Source: Lytechinus pictus
Lineage: Eukaryota
DNA length: 64,000 bases
Direction: 5' to 3'
Assembly (NCBI RefSeq): GCF_037042905.1
Contig: NC_087245.1
Location: 28,150,001 to 28,214,000, forward strand
Position 1 is the first letter of the stretch. Each line of letters begins with the position of its first letter. Below, one piece after another: positions 50,701 to 59,002 of the stretch. The notes below the pieces were generated by a model. It saw only the letters and a list, made by a program, of their open reading frames with translations, was not told where the DNA came from and searched no databases. The position numbers were made by a program, and so were the translations under genes.

Positions 50701-51198
50701 TAGGTGCAATCCAATTAACAACCACAGTAATTAAACACAGAAGAAATCTTGAAAACAACTGTATTGATTTATGGGGAATGAACTTGGTGGGTGTTTTTAA
50801 AGCTGTTTTGAAAGTTACAAACAATTGAAACTGTTCTGACTGAGGGGCCAAATCAGCTCCATAGGATGTATCATTTAGAACCTAAAAAGGTCACCAGTCG
50901 TGCGTTCCAAAATTTGTAACATACAGACGTATTTCGAATGAACATCTCTTCTTAATTGTGTGATGAACTGAAAGGTTTGAGATATTCATGTAAGTCCCAT
51001 TCAACTATGGCTTTAGAACTTGGGTGCTTAAATTTATTGTATTTAGTTTTCCCCTTCTCTTTTACATCTTGGTGATATTTTGAAATACTGTTTGAAATTC
51101 ATATAAACTATTTGTCTGCCTTTTTTTCTCTCTGTCTTTTGTTACTCTTTCAGGTGGGAGAGATGAAACAACAATTTCATCATGACTTCATGTATTGA
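12716..51198 (+). CDS. Multi-exon gene: hyalin-like HYR-repeat / SEA / EGF type I transmembrane protein (~1276 aa, 23 coding exons in the hand-built model)
   Basis: Exons 12716-12791, 16353-16577, 16775-17023, 20741-20998, 21761-22012, 22488-22745, 23477-23607, 24298-24418, 24938-25183, 25836-26087, 26909-27166, 27373-27470, 28295-28529, 29577-29713, 30501-30738, 31389-31467, 33054-33094, 34833-35083, 37370-37507, 45081-45155, 46989-47087, 49533-49601, 51154-51198. All introns are GT-AG with compatible phases; the lengths sum to 3831 nt. Confidence 0.8.
13407..14192. mobile_element. Two head-to-tail copies of a ~380-400-bp TIR element
   Basis: Each copy starts AAGAGCTCA.TTG..AAGGG and ends TTTGCAACCAAACTCTT (13407-13783, 13787-14192). 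Confidence 0.55.
14604..15278 (+). mobile_element. Possible Helitron/Helentron-type non-autonomous element (CpG-rich interior)
   Basis: 5' T-run with inverted repeat AGGTGGAT...ATCCACCT; 3' GC-rich hairpin GCCCAGGCAAGGCCGG followed by CTA. Confidence 0.35.
16353..16577 (+). CDS. HYR domain 1 exon
   Basis: DTIPPTLTCP...W..PTATDNSG...FPLGNTTVTYTARDASG...CSFTVEV; phase 1-1 exon. Confidence 0.9.
16775..17023 (+). CDS. HYR domain 2 exon
   Basis: DGSPEISDCP...VTWTGPTAVD...FQLGTTKVTYTFVDDAG...CVFRVRV; tttcAG and GTAAGA sites. Confidence 0.9.
17318..18688 (-). mobile_element. Tandem/inverted retroposon-like insertion: 3 units (330 bp + poly-A) plus an inverted partial copy, each with an internal tRNA-like cassette
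   Basis: Units 17318-17659, 17660-18031 and 18032-18381 appear identical except poly-T length (12/42/20). Inverted copy at 18397-18690. 13-bp TSD ATGTGTGAGTTTG (17305-17317, 18689-18701). Confidence 0.85.
18487..18559 (+). ncRNA. tRNA-like Pol III cassette (also on - strand at 17490-17562, 17862-17934, 18212-18284)
   Basis: 73 nt; 7-bp acceptor stem GAACCAG/CTGGTTC; A-box TAGCCTGGTGG; anticodon-like stem GCTGC/GCAGT; B-box GGTTCGAATCC; T6 terminator downstream. The T stem is imperfect and U33 is absent, so it is probably not a functional tRNA. Confidence 0.65.
20013..20400. mobile_element. MITE with long imperfect TIRs
   Basis: GGGCCATTCTTGGTC...GACCAAGAATGGCCC; internal ATTATGACAAAT / ATTTGTCATAAT symmetry. 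Confidence 0.6.
20741..20998 (+). CDS. HYR domain 3 exon
   Basis: DAVPPTIVTSCP...VTWVEPTFSD...FPGGSTEVLYTAMD...CIFTVTI; phase 1-1. Confidence 0.9.
21761..22012 (+). CDS. HYR domain 4 exon
   Basis: DDIPPTIYNCP...ITWTSPTATDNYG...FGVGVTVVNYTATD...CSFTVTI. Confidence 0.9.
22488..22745 (+). CDS. HYR domain 5 exon
   Basis: DDEIPVITGCP...VTWTMPSVTDNSG...YEDRFGNTAVCSFTVNV; donor T|GTGAGT. Confidence 0.9.
23477..23607 (+). CDS. HYR domain 6, first half
   Basis: DMPPVFDCPSPI...VSWPQLTITDDY; phase-0 donor GTATGT. Confidence 0.85.
23690..23780. repeat. (GAT)n microsatellite, probably the tail of a minus-strand SINE remnant
   Basis: ATGATG repeats followed by TTATTACCCCAG, a motif shared with the SINE at 32246-32528. 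Confidence 0.7.
24298..24418 (+). CDS. HYR domain 6, second half
   Basis: ITMSHSEP...VTVTYSATDERGNVATCTFTVTVN; phase 0 in, phase 1 out. Confidence 0.85.
24938..25183 (+). CDS. HYR domain 7 exon (missing from ORF track)
   Basis: DVENPVWQTCP...VSWSEPTVFDNSG...YTVEYIALDEAGNEAKCEFMVVIE; ttctcAG and GTAAGT. Confidence 0.9.
25836..26087 (+). CDS. HYR domain 8 exon
   Basis: DENVPVFDNCP...VSWPTITATDN...FSIGSYSVEYQARDNAGNVGYCGFTVVV. Confidence 0.9.
26909..27166 (+). CDS. HYR domain 9 exon
   Basis: DLQRPEIRACP...VSWSEPQATDNSG...YRAEDPTGNFAECSFVISV. Confidence 0.9.
27373..27470 (+). CDS. Exon: start of first SEA-like domain
   Basis: DTISLDGFLTLDIVRG...NLRND; phase 1 in, phase 0 out (GTAAGT), the same split pattern as the second SEA domain. 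Confidence 0.7.
28295..28529 (+). CDS. Exon: remainder of first SEA-like domain
   Basis: LDNLFRGTQLRSDFVGLEITSG...YVIEYTIYL...IKDIFNSAL; phase 0 in, phase 1 out. Confidence 0.75.
28675..29239. mobile_element. Kolobok-like MITE with TTAA TSD
   Basis: TTAA|AGGGGAATCCA ... TGGATTCCCCT|TTAA. Confidence 0.8.
29577..29713 (+). CDS. Exon: start of second SEA domain
   Basis: VVEFRGQFTLKSI...SDPSSSTYQSLQNRIYEH, matching the SEA-type F.G.F.I and DP.S..Y..L pattern. Confidence 0.85.
30501..30738 (+). CDS. Exon: second SEA domain with GSVIV motif
   Basis: LQRTY...ILFLTPGSVIVDYTLTY; catgcAG and GTAAGT. Confidence 0.85.
31389..31467 (+). CDS. EGF domain exon (C1-C4)
   Basis: VCSSDYCLNGGTCMITNSSSYEISC; phase-2 donor GTGAGA. 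Confidence 0.85.
31865..32018. mobile_element. hAT5-like MITE, copy 2
   Basis: Same family as 8793-8954; TSD CATGA. Confidence 0.85.
32246..32528 (-). mobile_element. tRNA-derived SINE
   Basis: Minus strand begins GGAGCGTTTGGCCCAGTGG...CTTTGAA...GGTTCGAATCCC (A and B boxes) and ends GCGCTATATAAATGC(TTA)n, an L2-like tail. A partial copy lies at ~51240-51365. Confidence 0.8.
33054..33094 (+). CDS. EGF domain micro-exon (C5-C6)
   Basis: Long poly-T tract and CAG; (S)CPYRYYGDRCQNK; phase 2 in, phase 1 out. Confidence 0.85.
33278..34238 (+). mobile_element. Helentron-associated non-autonomous element (HINE; Tsp/pearl/DINE-1-like), copy 1
   Basis: 5' T-run; subTIR GTCTCACCTGCAT / ATGCAGGTGAGAC; (GGC)n microsatellite; ~163-192-bp internal tandem repeats; ends CTTGTT. 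Confidence 0.8.
34833..35083 (+). CDS. Transmembrane and juxtamembrane exon
   Basis: GLSWEVIVAIALGAVLFLIIIILILACCCYFLLY followed by basic ARENELKEEARRSRKRERR; donor ATG|GTAAGC. Confidence 0.9.
35304..37067 (+). mobile_element. HINE copy 2 with expanded internal tandem array
   Basis: SubTIR GTCTCGCCTGCAT / ATGCAGGCGAGAC; alternating ~191/163-bp repeats. Confidence 0.8.
37230..37275 (+). CDS. Candidate alternative (duplicated) cytoplasmic exon NYSNGSFIHDIVDYN
   Basis: Polypyrimidine tract and cAG acceptor; sequence paralogous to the start of exon 37370; phase-1 donor GTGAAT. Confidence 0.4.
37370..37507 (+). CDS. Cytoplasmic exon NDYVYSNGSFIHEIIDERQPNGPKFLHDDKEKVSQPRSPPLKRAHP
   Basis: 138-nt phase 0-0 open exon, ctAG and GTGAGT. 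Confidence 0.75.
37552..37675. mobile_element. Short Harbinger-like MITE
   Basis: TIR GGGCTCGTAACACAAAG / CTTTGTGTTACGGGACC; CTG TSD. Similar short palindromic elements at ~44674-44781 and ~63088-63245. Confidence 0.65.
38704..39049. repeat. Palindromic minisatellite MITE (TTCGGATTAACGAAC repeats)
   Basis: TTCGTAATTCCGAA / TTCGGAATTACGAA ends; TTTTTTAT on both flanks, a possible 8-9-bp TSD (MULE-like). Confidence 0.55.
40615..41595. repeat. Diverged tandem repeat array (~80-90-bp units) inside the Academ-like element
   Basis: Recurrent CCAGGTGTTTTGACCTGGA..AATCCTGCAGCT..GGATCTATCATGAC..GATTTGGACC. Confidence 0.8.
42515..42750. repeat. ~60-bp tandem repeat, 3-4 copies
   Basis: ACAGTCAATGATGCTTGAGGCTGTTTCAG.TCTACT repeated. 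Confidence 0.8.
45081..45155 (+). CDS. Cytoplasmic exon PEDDVKVKRKHKEKGPRFTHDNDPP
   Basis: 75-nt phase 0-0 exon, tttgtAG and GTAAGT; repeats the GP.F.HD motif. Confidence 0.75.
46989..47087 (+). CDS. Candidate cytoplasmic exon KKKPKKKKKVVRILSPSLTPSSPPRVQKTRRHK
   Basis: 99-nt phase 0-0 open segment with strong donor AAG|GTGAGA but a weak acceptor (aaccaaAG). Confidence 0.45.
49533..49601 (+). CDS. Cytoplasmic exon PEPEKKKRKEKGPTFHADGEPEL
   Basis: 69-nt phase 0-0 exon, ttcAG and GTGAGT; paralogous to exon 45081 (KEKGP.F). Confidence 0.75.
51154..51198 (+). CDS. Terminal coding exon VGEMKQQFHHDFMY*
   Basis: Very strong polypyrimidine tract and CAG; in-frame TGA at 51196; AATAAA at ~51732 and ~51967. 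Confidence 0.7.
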   Translation: MGEMKQQFHHDFMY

Positions 51199-52045
51199 TC
51201 TACAGCCAAGATCCAACTGATCTTCCCTAAAAAATAAGAATAAGAATAATAATAACAAGAATGATAATATAATGATAATAATTCCTGGATTTATAAAGTG
51301 CCTTTTGCCAGATAATACAAAGCGTAACTATTATTACCCCGGCTTTAGCTCAAGTTGCCACTTTATCAGCAGCACACAGTAAGCTTATCTGTATATTTTG
51401 GTATTAGTAATACTGTCCTGTAAATGCACCATACCAGTACTCATTGACCGCCACCAAAATTGAAAATGTCATATTAAATATTTTTGGTCTTCATTTATGT
51501 CTATGCATTTTTAGTCTAAAATTTAATTAAACATTGGTTATTTTAGTTTCTCAACTTATTTAATTAAATAAGAAAGCTAATATTCTAACCTGAAATTCTA
51601 AAACATCGCCCCTGCACTTAATATCTATTACGCTCTTTCAGTGACAAAACTCTTCATTAAAAACCCCCTAGTAGAATGAGTAAACTAAGGAATGATGTGT
51701 GTCGCTGAACAATTGCTGGCCTCGGGCTTACCCTCTCTTTCTCTGATAACTAATAAATTGACAAGATTTTGTAATATTTGGTTTATGATATTTATAAAAA
51801 TATTTTTGATAGGAGGCTACCCTCTACAAGCCCCATTTTTTTAGCATCCTCCCCCATTATCAACCTGTTTGCATTATAATCTTGACTACACATATTGTAA
51901 GTAAAATTTTGTTATATTGTTTAAATTAAGATGTATGAAACCAAATGACATATCTTTTGAAATGGAAATAAACAAAATAATGATTTTAAAAATGTTCTAC
52001 AGCTTTTTTCTTCAAACATTGTTAAACTGTTATCCATTTTGTTTT

Positions 52046-52800
52046 AGGGGTGAGAGGGAGAAAGAGAAATAAATAGAAGGGATGTAGAGAGGCAGGGGAT
52101 AAGAGAGCAAGAGAGAGAGTTGGGGGAGAAAGAGAACTGGAGACCAAGATGCAAGGAGTTAACAAAGAGAGAAGAAAGAAAGAAAGAAAGAAAAGAGGCA
52201 GGGGATAAGAATGATGGAATGAGATAGAGGGAGATAGGAAGAGGTGGGGAGGCTGAGGGCCCAGAGGATAAGAGAGATGAAGAGAGTGAGAAAGAAAGAG
52301 AAGTGAAGGCTGAGAGGCAGGGATAGGGAAGATAATGAGAGAAGGAGAAAGATAAATAAAGAGAAGGGGCATTGAGAGGCAGGGGATAAGAGAGAGAGAG
52401 TTGGGGAGAAAGAGAACTGAAGACCAAGATGCAAGAAATAAAAAAAGAGAGAGGAGAGGCAGGGGATAAAAATGATGGAGTGAGATAGAGGGGGAGACTG
52501 AGGGGCCAGAGGATAAGAGAGATGGAGAGAGTGAGAAAGAAAGAGAATTGAAGGCTGAGAGGCAGGGATAGGGAAGATAATGAGAGAAGGAGAAAGAAAG
52601 AAGAAGTGGAGGCTGAGAGGCAGGGGAATAAGAGATAGGGAGACAGAAAGACTGGTCTAATAGGCCCCCCCCCCCCAGTCAGCCCCTCTTATCCAAGGGG
52701 ATAAGAGGGAGAAATAAAAAGGACAGGAGGCTGAGAGCTAGAGGCAGAGGATAAGCGAGATGGAGCCGGGTTGGGGGGGGGGGACGTTAGGCTGAGAGGC
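52046..52800. repeat. Purine-rich (GA) tandem/low-complexity repeat with a ~290-bp duplication
   Basis: GAGAGGCAGGGGATA units; segment 52085-52370 is repeated from ~52375. Confidence 0.8.
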
Positions 52801-55270
52801 AGTTCATAATTACTGTTTTTGTTTTGTGCAGCTGCAGAAAAGTATGTAATGTAGGCTATATCCACCCTTCATCTGTTTATAACATACTATTAATATTTCT
52901 AATTTTCATTAAAAAACGCTATTTTCCTTTTAATTTAATGAAAAGTGCATACAGTCCCTATAGTGTTAATAAATATGAACAAAATAGATAGAGCATTTTA
53001 AGTAATATATTACTGAAAAGAGGAGTGTACATCAACCCATATTGAACCATATACGTATTTGGAAAGTATAAATTATAGATTATTCTAAGTGAATTTGAAA
53101 AAAAAACTACCGTATTGTTTGTATTGCCATGGTAACAAAATATGACAAATAATATTTTATTACCACTTTTTTTCAAAATGAATATGTAATAAAGTGATAA
53201 ACATACAATGATGCTATTAATAAGATGGATGTTCTAGATATAATACACTTGCTCATATCGTACGTCAGCTTTGCATATACTAAAATTGAAGGTAACCATT
53301 AATTCTTACTAGTTATGATGAAAAATAATCATAAATATCCATGCACGATATTCAACATTAATGTAATTAATGGGACGAAGTATGTACGTGTCCCAGTTAT
53401 ATAGTATAAACCTCTAAAAAGTTCTTCAATTCACGTTTGAGGGATCATTTTGTTTGAAACTGGCACTCTTCATGTTTTCTTCTTTACAATAATGTTCCAT
53501 ATTTGAATTTACCCTGAAGTCAGAAGTGAAATGTTGCACAATGCACTGTTGTCTAACCAGTCTCCACGTTTATTTTGAATATACAATATGTTTTGAAATT
53601 GTGATTCAGTATCATTGAAGTGAAAGCTTCCGTAAATCCGTAAAGTGCCGGTTAACAATTAATGAAACCATGGACACGTACCTCAAACTTGTTTAATATC
53701 TTAAAACTTCTTAAAATGACATGATTCGACTTTATTCGAAACATAATATGCAAAACGTTACACGTCAGCTCGCCAACTTCATTCAAACTCTGTTATCTTA
53801 GAACTATTTTATCATATAAAATAACAATATTTCATTTTTAAAATTGCTGCCTATTTATCAGGACTGCACATGACATGATTGTGAAGAGGATTGCCATGCT
53901 TTCGAAAAATCAATATCATCATGATGGAGAAATAGAAAATATATTGAGTTGCCGTTTTTTCATGAAAAGGTACACTTTATTTGGCCCCGGTATTCTGTTC
54001 AAATTTTGACTGGTTTAAAATCAAATTATTAAGAATTTTAGCCAAGCGAAAGTTTGTTTGGGAAATATGGCATGACGTTTTTTATTATGCAAAGCTTAAA
54101 GTGTTGAATAAATGCGAAAGAAATTTGGTTTTCGAGATCTAGATTGTTCAAAGATACAGTAGACCTTTGTTATTCAAATTAAGTAGGTTCAGCGGTGGCG
54201 TGTTTTGAATGTTATGGAGTCAGACGACTGCATGCATGCAGTCAGTGTTTACCGTTTAGTGTCAAGTTTTGAGCAATCAACTCAACAACTTTGGTTATTA
54301 TGTCACGCCATATAAAAGGGTAAGTTTCTGAGATTATATATAATCATTTTATTATTGTTTAGTTAATGTTAAAGTAGACAAAATGTAATGTTATTATGTA
54401 CCCGTTGCATCATTCGCCCACGCATTTCGGCATGTGTTGAAATTGGTTGGCTTATTCTCTCTTGATCAAGTGGATATTTTAAATTTTAGCACAGTCAGTT
54501 TCTACGTATACTACAGTTGAGTTATTCATCGACACCTTGTATGATTGAATGATTGAATGATTTTATTTATTACTATTATAGTAACTTTTTCCTTTAATAT
54601 TGACAGCATTTTACACTTGCTGGTGGAATTTTAGATCAAACTCCATTTCCTCTGTAAAAAGAGGAAGGAAAGAGGGGAGAAGAGAAAGAGAATAGGCCTA
54701 CGACCAGACACCTGACGGTGGCCTGCACTGTTTCCAAAAGAAGGAAAGGGGGAAAGGAAGGAAGGAAGAAAAAAAGAAAACGAAGAAAAGATAGGGGTAC
54801 GTGGGGAAAGAAGGGAAAAGGGAGAGAAGAGGGGGGAGTAATAAAAGAGCTGGATTGGCGTCAAATAGATGTTCGACCAAGGGAGAGGAGGCGCCAATTG
54901 GCCGCGATGTTTTACCTGGGGCGCCAAATTCATATTCGACATTTGGGCGCCAATTTGATGTTTCACCTGGGGGCGCCATATTAACGTTCGATCATGGGAG
55001 GGGGGCCGCCAAATTCATATTTGACCTTTGGGGCGCCAATTTGATGTTTGATCTTGGGGCGCCAAATGGATGTTCGACCTTTGGGCGGCGCCAATTTGAT
55101 GTTTGATATAGGGCGCCAAATTCATATTTCACATGGGGGCACCAAAATATTCGACCTTTGGGGTGTCAATTTGATGTTTGAACTGGGGCGTCGAATCGAT
55201 GTTCCTGGGGGGCAAACTCGTATTTCACATGAGTTTGGAGCTCGCATTAATGTTTAGTTAGATACCCATC

Positions 55271-57101
55271 TTCTTCTTCTTCTTCTTTGTTGTTCTTCCC
55301 CCGGTATTCGAGGATCAGCGGCTATCCGCAGGTTGGTTGTTGTGTTGAAGCAATTTCTCTAAACGAATATGATGAATTTTAAGAATGTATCTGAGGCAGT
55401 GGGTCATGACATTGGCAGCAAGAGTGACAGATAGGTGCGAGGAGGGTAATAAGATATTAGTGGCAAGGATGAGGGGATGAGCAGAGGTGAAGGCTTGGCT
55501 AACTGAAGCAGGGAGGCTTAGAGATAGGACATGTTGAATGAGAACAGACCGTTGGGGTTTGAGGGTTGGGCAGGAAGCAAGGAAGTGGGTGGAGCTTTCT
55601 TCCTCCGTTGAGCAAAGTCTACAGGTGGCGCTGGGAGACTTGCCTATGGTCTTCAGTCTTTGTTGTGTTAGGTAGGTGCCTGTCAGAAGTTGGGAGCGAA
55701 GTCTTGCAGCAATACGGAGGTGTGAAGGTAGTGCAGGGGGGAATAGACTGCTAGGGCTTGGAAACGTTGAACATTGCTTCCAGAAGGCAAGAGTGTGCTT
55801 CTCCTGAGTGGCATCAACTAGGCCAGCATTGTGCTTCTTGAAGATGGCCTGGCGGCTCAGTCTTTTCCAGGTGAGGTAGTCGAAGCTCAGGGAGCCAGAC
55901 AGGATGGCAGGCAAGCTGTATTTGGCGATTAGCTGCTTCCAGTAGGAGATGAAAGGGACATCGGCAGCGAGAGCATTTAGAAGTATTCTGTGCTCAAACC
56001 TATCGCTTGGTAAAGTAACCAGTTGCCCGAGAGTCATCAAGGTGTTCAGGTCGATCTGCATAGAGAGAGGGATGATTCCGGTAAGGAGAAAGACTGCCTC
56101 GTTTGCTGTGCTTCTGGGGAGCCCTAGGAACTTTTTGAAGAGAAGGGCCTGCGCTGAGTCTAGCTTATCCCTGGACCTCTTGGTAACTCTAATGGCAGCA
56201 ATGCCATATAGCATCCTAGGAATGCAGTAGGTGGTCCACAACTTGGCAATGGTTGGAGGCCAGAAGTTGTTTCTTGAAGCCGAACCACCTAGCAGAGCGA
56301 ATATGGAGTTATATCCCTTGGCAATGATGTTCGGCGCAGGATCTTGAGATGTTGAAGATTTGGTGACACCAAGATGGGGATGCTGACTGACTTCTTGAAC
56401 TTCCTCTTCATTCAGGTACCAAGTGTGCTTGAGGTGGTCTTGCCCATTAAAGACGAGGATTGCACTTTTTGATGGGTTGATCTTGTACTTCCATGTGGTT
56501 GCATAGGTATGGATGAGATTCAGCATGCATTGAAGTTCTTTGGCTGAGGAAGCTATGAGGGCCACATCATCAGCTAGAACAATTACCCCAGCATACAGGT
56601 TTTGGCAGTGGCATCCAAGATCTTTGTCTCTTAGCAGCTTAATCAGGCCATCAATAAAGATGTTGTAGAGAAGAGGGGAGAGGATTCCTCCTTGTCTCAC
56701 ACCCTTCTGAAGAGGAAAGGAGCAGCTGGCATCTCCTTTCCATAGTACTCTGCTGGATGCACCATTGTACATTTCCACCAATGTAGACTGAGCCTCCAGT
56801 GGTATAGGAGTGTCAGCTAGCTTTTGAAAGAGGCCAGGGTGCCAGACACAATCAAAAGCTTTAGCAGCATCCAAGAGGGCAAGATATGTTGGCTTCTTCC
56901 GAGATGTATTCAGCTCAATAAGCATCTCAAGGGTCAGTGAAGCGAGAATACAGGACTTTGAGGCTTGGAATCCAAACTGAAGTTCGTCAGGTGTGTTGAC
57001 TTCAACCAAGGAGTCCTCAATCTTAGGTTTTAGGGCAATTTCCAAGAGCTTTGATAGAGTTGGGGTCAGGGAGATGCCTCTGTAGCTAGAGGGTTCGCTG
57101 A
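55271..57101 (-). mobile_element. 5'-truncated non-LTR retrotransposon (LINE; RTE/RTEX-like)
   Basis: (GAA)n tail at 55271-55290; short CCATC duplication (55266-55270, 57102-57106); interrupts a host repeat unit GATACCCATC|ATGTTTATGATTACAAAA. Confidence 0.85.
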
Positions 57102-57108
57102 CCATCAT
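55315..57108 (-). CDS. LINE ORF2 fragment: reverse transcriptase domain plus C-terminal CCHC zinc-finger
   Basis: YRGISL, QFGF, LDAAKAFD, GVRQGGILSPLLYNIFID, LADD, HLGV, CRLC-x8-H-x4-C. No endonuclease domain (truncated). The first two Met codons come from the host/TSD. Confidence 0.9.
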   Translation of the reverse strand: MMVSEPSSYRGISLTPTLSKLLEIALKPKIEDSLVEVNTPDELQFGFQASKSCILASLTLEMLIELNTSRKKPTYLALLDAAKAFDCVWHPGLFQKLADTPIPLEAQSTLVEMYNGASSRVLWKGDASCSFPLQKGVRQGGILSPLLYNIFIDGLIKLLRDKDLGCHCQNLYAGVIVLADDVALIASSAKELQCMLNLIHTYATTWKYKINPSKSAILVFNGQDHLKHTWYLNEEEVQEVSQHPHLGVTKSSTSQDPAPNIIAKGYNSIFALLGGSASRNNFWPPTIAKLWTTYCIPRMLYGIAAIRVTKRSRDKLDSAQALLFKKFLGLPRSTANEAVFLLTGIIPLSMQIDLNTLMTLGQLVTLPSDRFEHRILLNALAADVPFISYWKQLIAKYSLPAILSGSLSFDYLTWKRLSRQAIFKKHNAGLVDATQEKHTLAFWKQCSTFPSPSSLFPPALPSHLRIAARLRSQLLTGTYLTQQRLKTIGKSPSATCRLCSTEEESSTHFLASCPTLKPQRSVLIQHVLSLSLPASVSQAFTSAHPLILATNILLPSSHLSVTLAANVMTHCLRYILKIHHIRLEKLLQHNNQPADSR

Positions 57109-57203
57109 GTTTATGATTACAAAAGGTACTAAGAATGTTCAAATTTTAGGTCAGAATCAAAATTTCATCTCGCTCTTCGGGATCGCATCAATCGCTTCTA
57201 TTT

Positions 57204-57381
57204 CAGGGGCCGCGGGGGGGGGGGGGGCTGGGGGGGCTTCAGCCCCCCCCCCCCACTTTTTTCCAAAACCGTGTACAAAAACGTAAAAATGACCATATGA
57301 TTGTGATTTTTTGCATGGTCAGCCCCCCACTTTTGGCTCAGCCCCCCCCCCCCCACTTTGAAAACCGTTCCGCGGCCCCTG
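57204..57381. mobile_element. hAT5-like MITE, copy 3
   Basis: Same family as 8793-8954; TSD TATTT. Confidence 0.85.
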
Positions 57382-58387
57382 TATTTCAGTGTTTTTTATC
57401 AGTGAATAAATTATACATTAGTAGTTTTATAATTAGTAATTGTTCCATTTTGATTACTTAAATATTTCAGTTTTATTCATATTATCATTTAAGTAAAAAT
57501 ATTTGTTTATTTATGTTACCAAACATTGTTTTATTTGACTCAGATTTTTATTTTATTTCCATGTATGATATGATAATTTTTGTTGTTCTTTATGTTTTCA
57601 TCAGGTCATTGATGAAAAACAGTTTTATGCTGATCTTTTTACCTGAATAAATATGTTCTAATAAAATAAAATAAAATTGTTCAGTTAGAGTGCTAAAGTG
57701 CAGAATGTCCAGATTATGGGTCGGAATAGGGCCTATCAAAAATTTTCAGCTGGGATAAAATGTTGAATTAAATACCCATTCTGTTCATGATTACCAAAAG
57801 TGCTTAGAATGCCCAAATTTTTGGTCAGAATATTAAAAAAAATATATCGCGCTTCGCACACGCATCAATAATGGTTTAGGTAGATGCTATCCTGTTCTTG
57901 ATTACAAAAAAGTGCTTAAAGTGTCCAGTACTGGGTCGGATATCAAAAATTTTCAGCTCGCATAAAATGTTGAGTTAAAGTCCCATATCCTGTTCATGAT
58001 TACCAAAAGTGCTTAGAATTTCCAAATTTTAGGTCAGAATGTAAAAATATCCAAACTCATGTTTCACATGGGTTTGGCGTTCGCATTAATGTTTAGTTAT
58101 AGATACTCATCCTGTTCATGGTTATAAATAGTGCTTAGAGTGTCCAGTTTTGGGTTGGAATATCAAACATTTTCAGCTCGCGCTTCGCGCTCGCATCGAT
58201 TGTGAGATAGGTACCAATTAATCCTGCACATGCTTACAAAATCTGCTCAGAATAACCAATTTTTAGGTTTAAGTACGTAAAACACCCCCAAATTATCATT
58301 CGCTTCGCGTTCGCATAATTTTTATTTGGACTTATGAAATAAATCTTCCTTAACTTGTTTGTATGAATTAAGCTACATGTAAGATAA

Positions 58388-59002
58388 TAAATGTCAAGTC
58401 CACTTCAAAATATATTGATTTGAAATATTAAATAGAGAAAAATCAGACAAACATCATGCTGACAATTTCATCAAAATCGGATGTAAAATAAGAAAGTTAT
58501 GACATTTTAAATTTTCGCTTATTTTTTACAAAATAGTTATATGCACAATAATTTTTAGCCACGTGCAAACGAGAGAATTGATGATGTCCCTCACTCACAA
58601 TTTCATTTGTTTTTTATCGTTTGAATTATACAAAATATTTCAATTTTTCCGGATTTGACAATAAGGACCAACTTGATTGAACCATAGAATGTTAAACAAT
58701 GGTAATTCCACCGTGTTCAGGGTAAAATAAAACTTTGTTTCACAAGACATTGAGGGGAAAATTAGAATATTTCATATTTCAATACAAAATAAACAGTGAG
58801 TGATGTCATCAGTCCCCTCATTTTCCATTTGCATACCGACCAGGATGTGCATATAACTGTTTTGTGAAATTAAGCAAAAATTACAAATGTCATAACTTTC
58901 TTATTTTACATCCGATTTTGATGAAATTTTCAGTGCTGTGCTTGTTGGATTTTTCTCTTTTTATTCAAATCAACTTTTTATTGGGGTGGACTTGTCCTTT
59001 AA
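58388..59002. mobile_element. Kolobok-like MITE, second copy of 5921-6530
   Basis: Collinear similarity over ~600 bp; right end TGGGGTGGACTTGTCCT|TTAA. Confidence 0.75.

Noticed and set aside
52022..55257. ORFs in GA-rich and GGCGCC repeats
   Set aside because: Products of low-complexity or tandem repeats.
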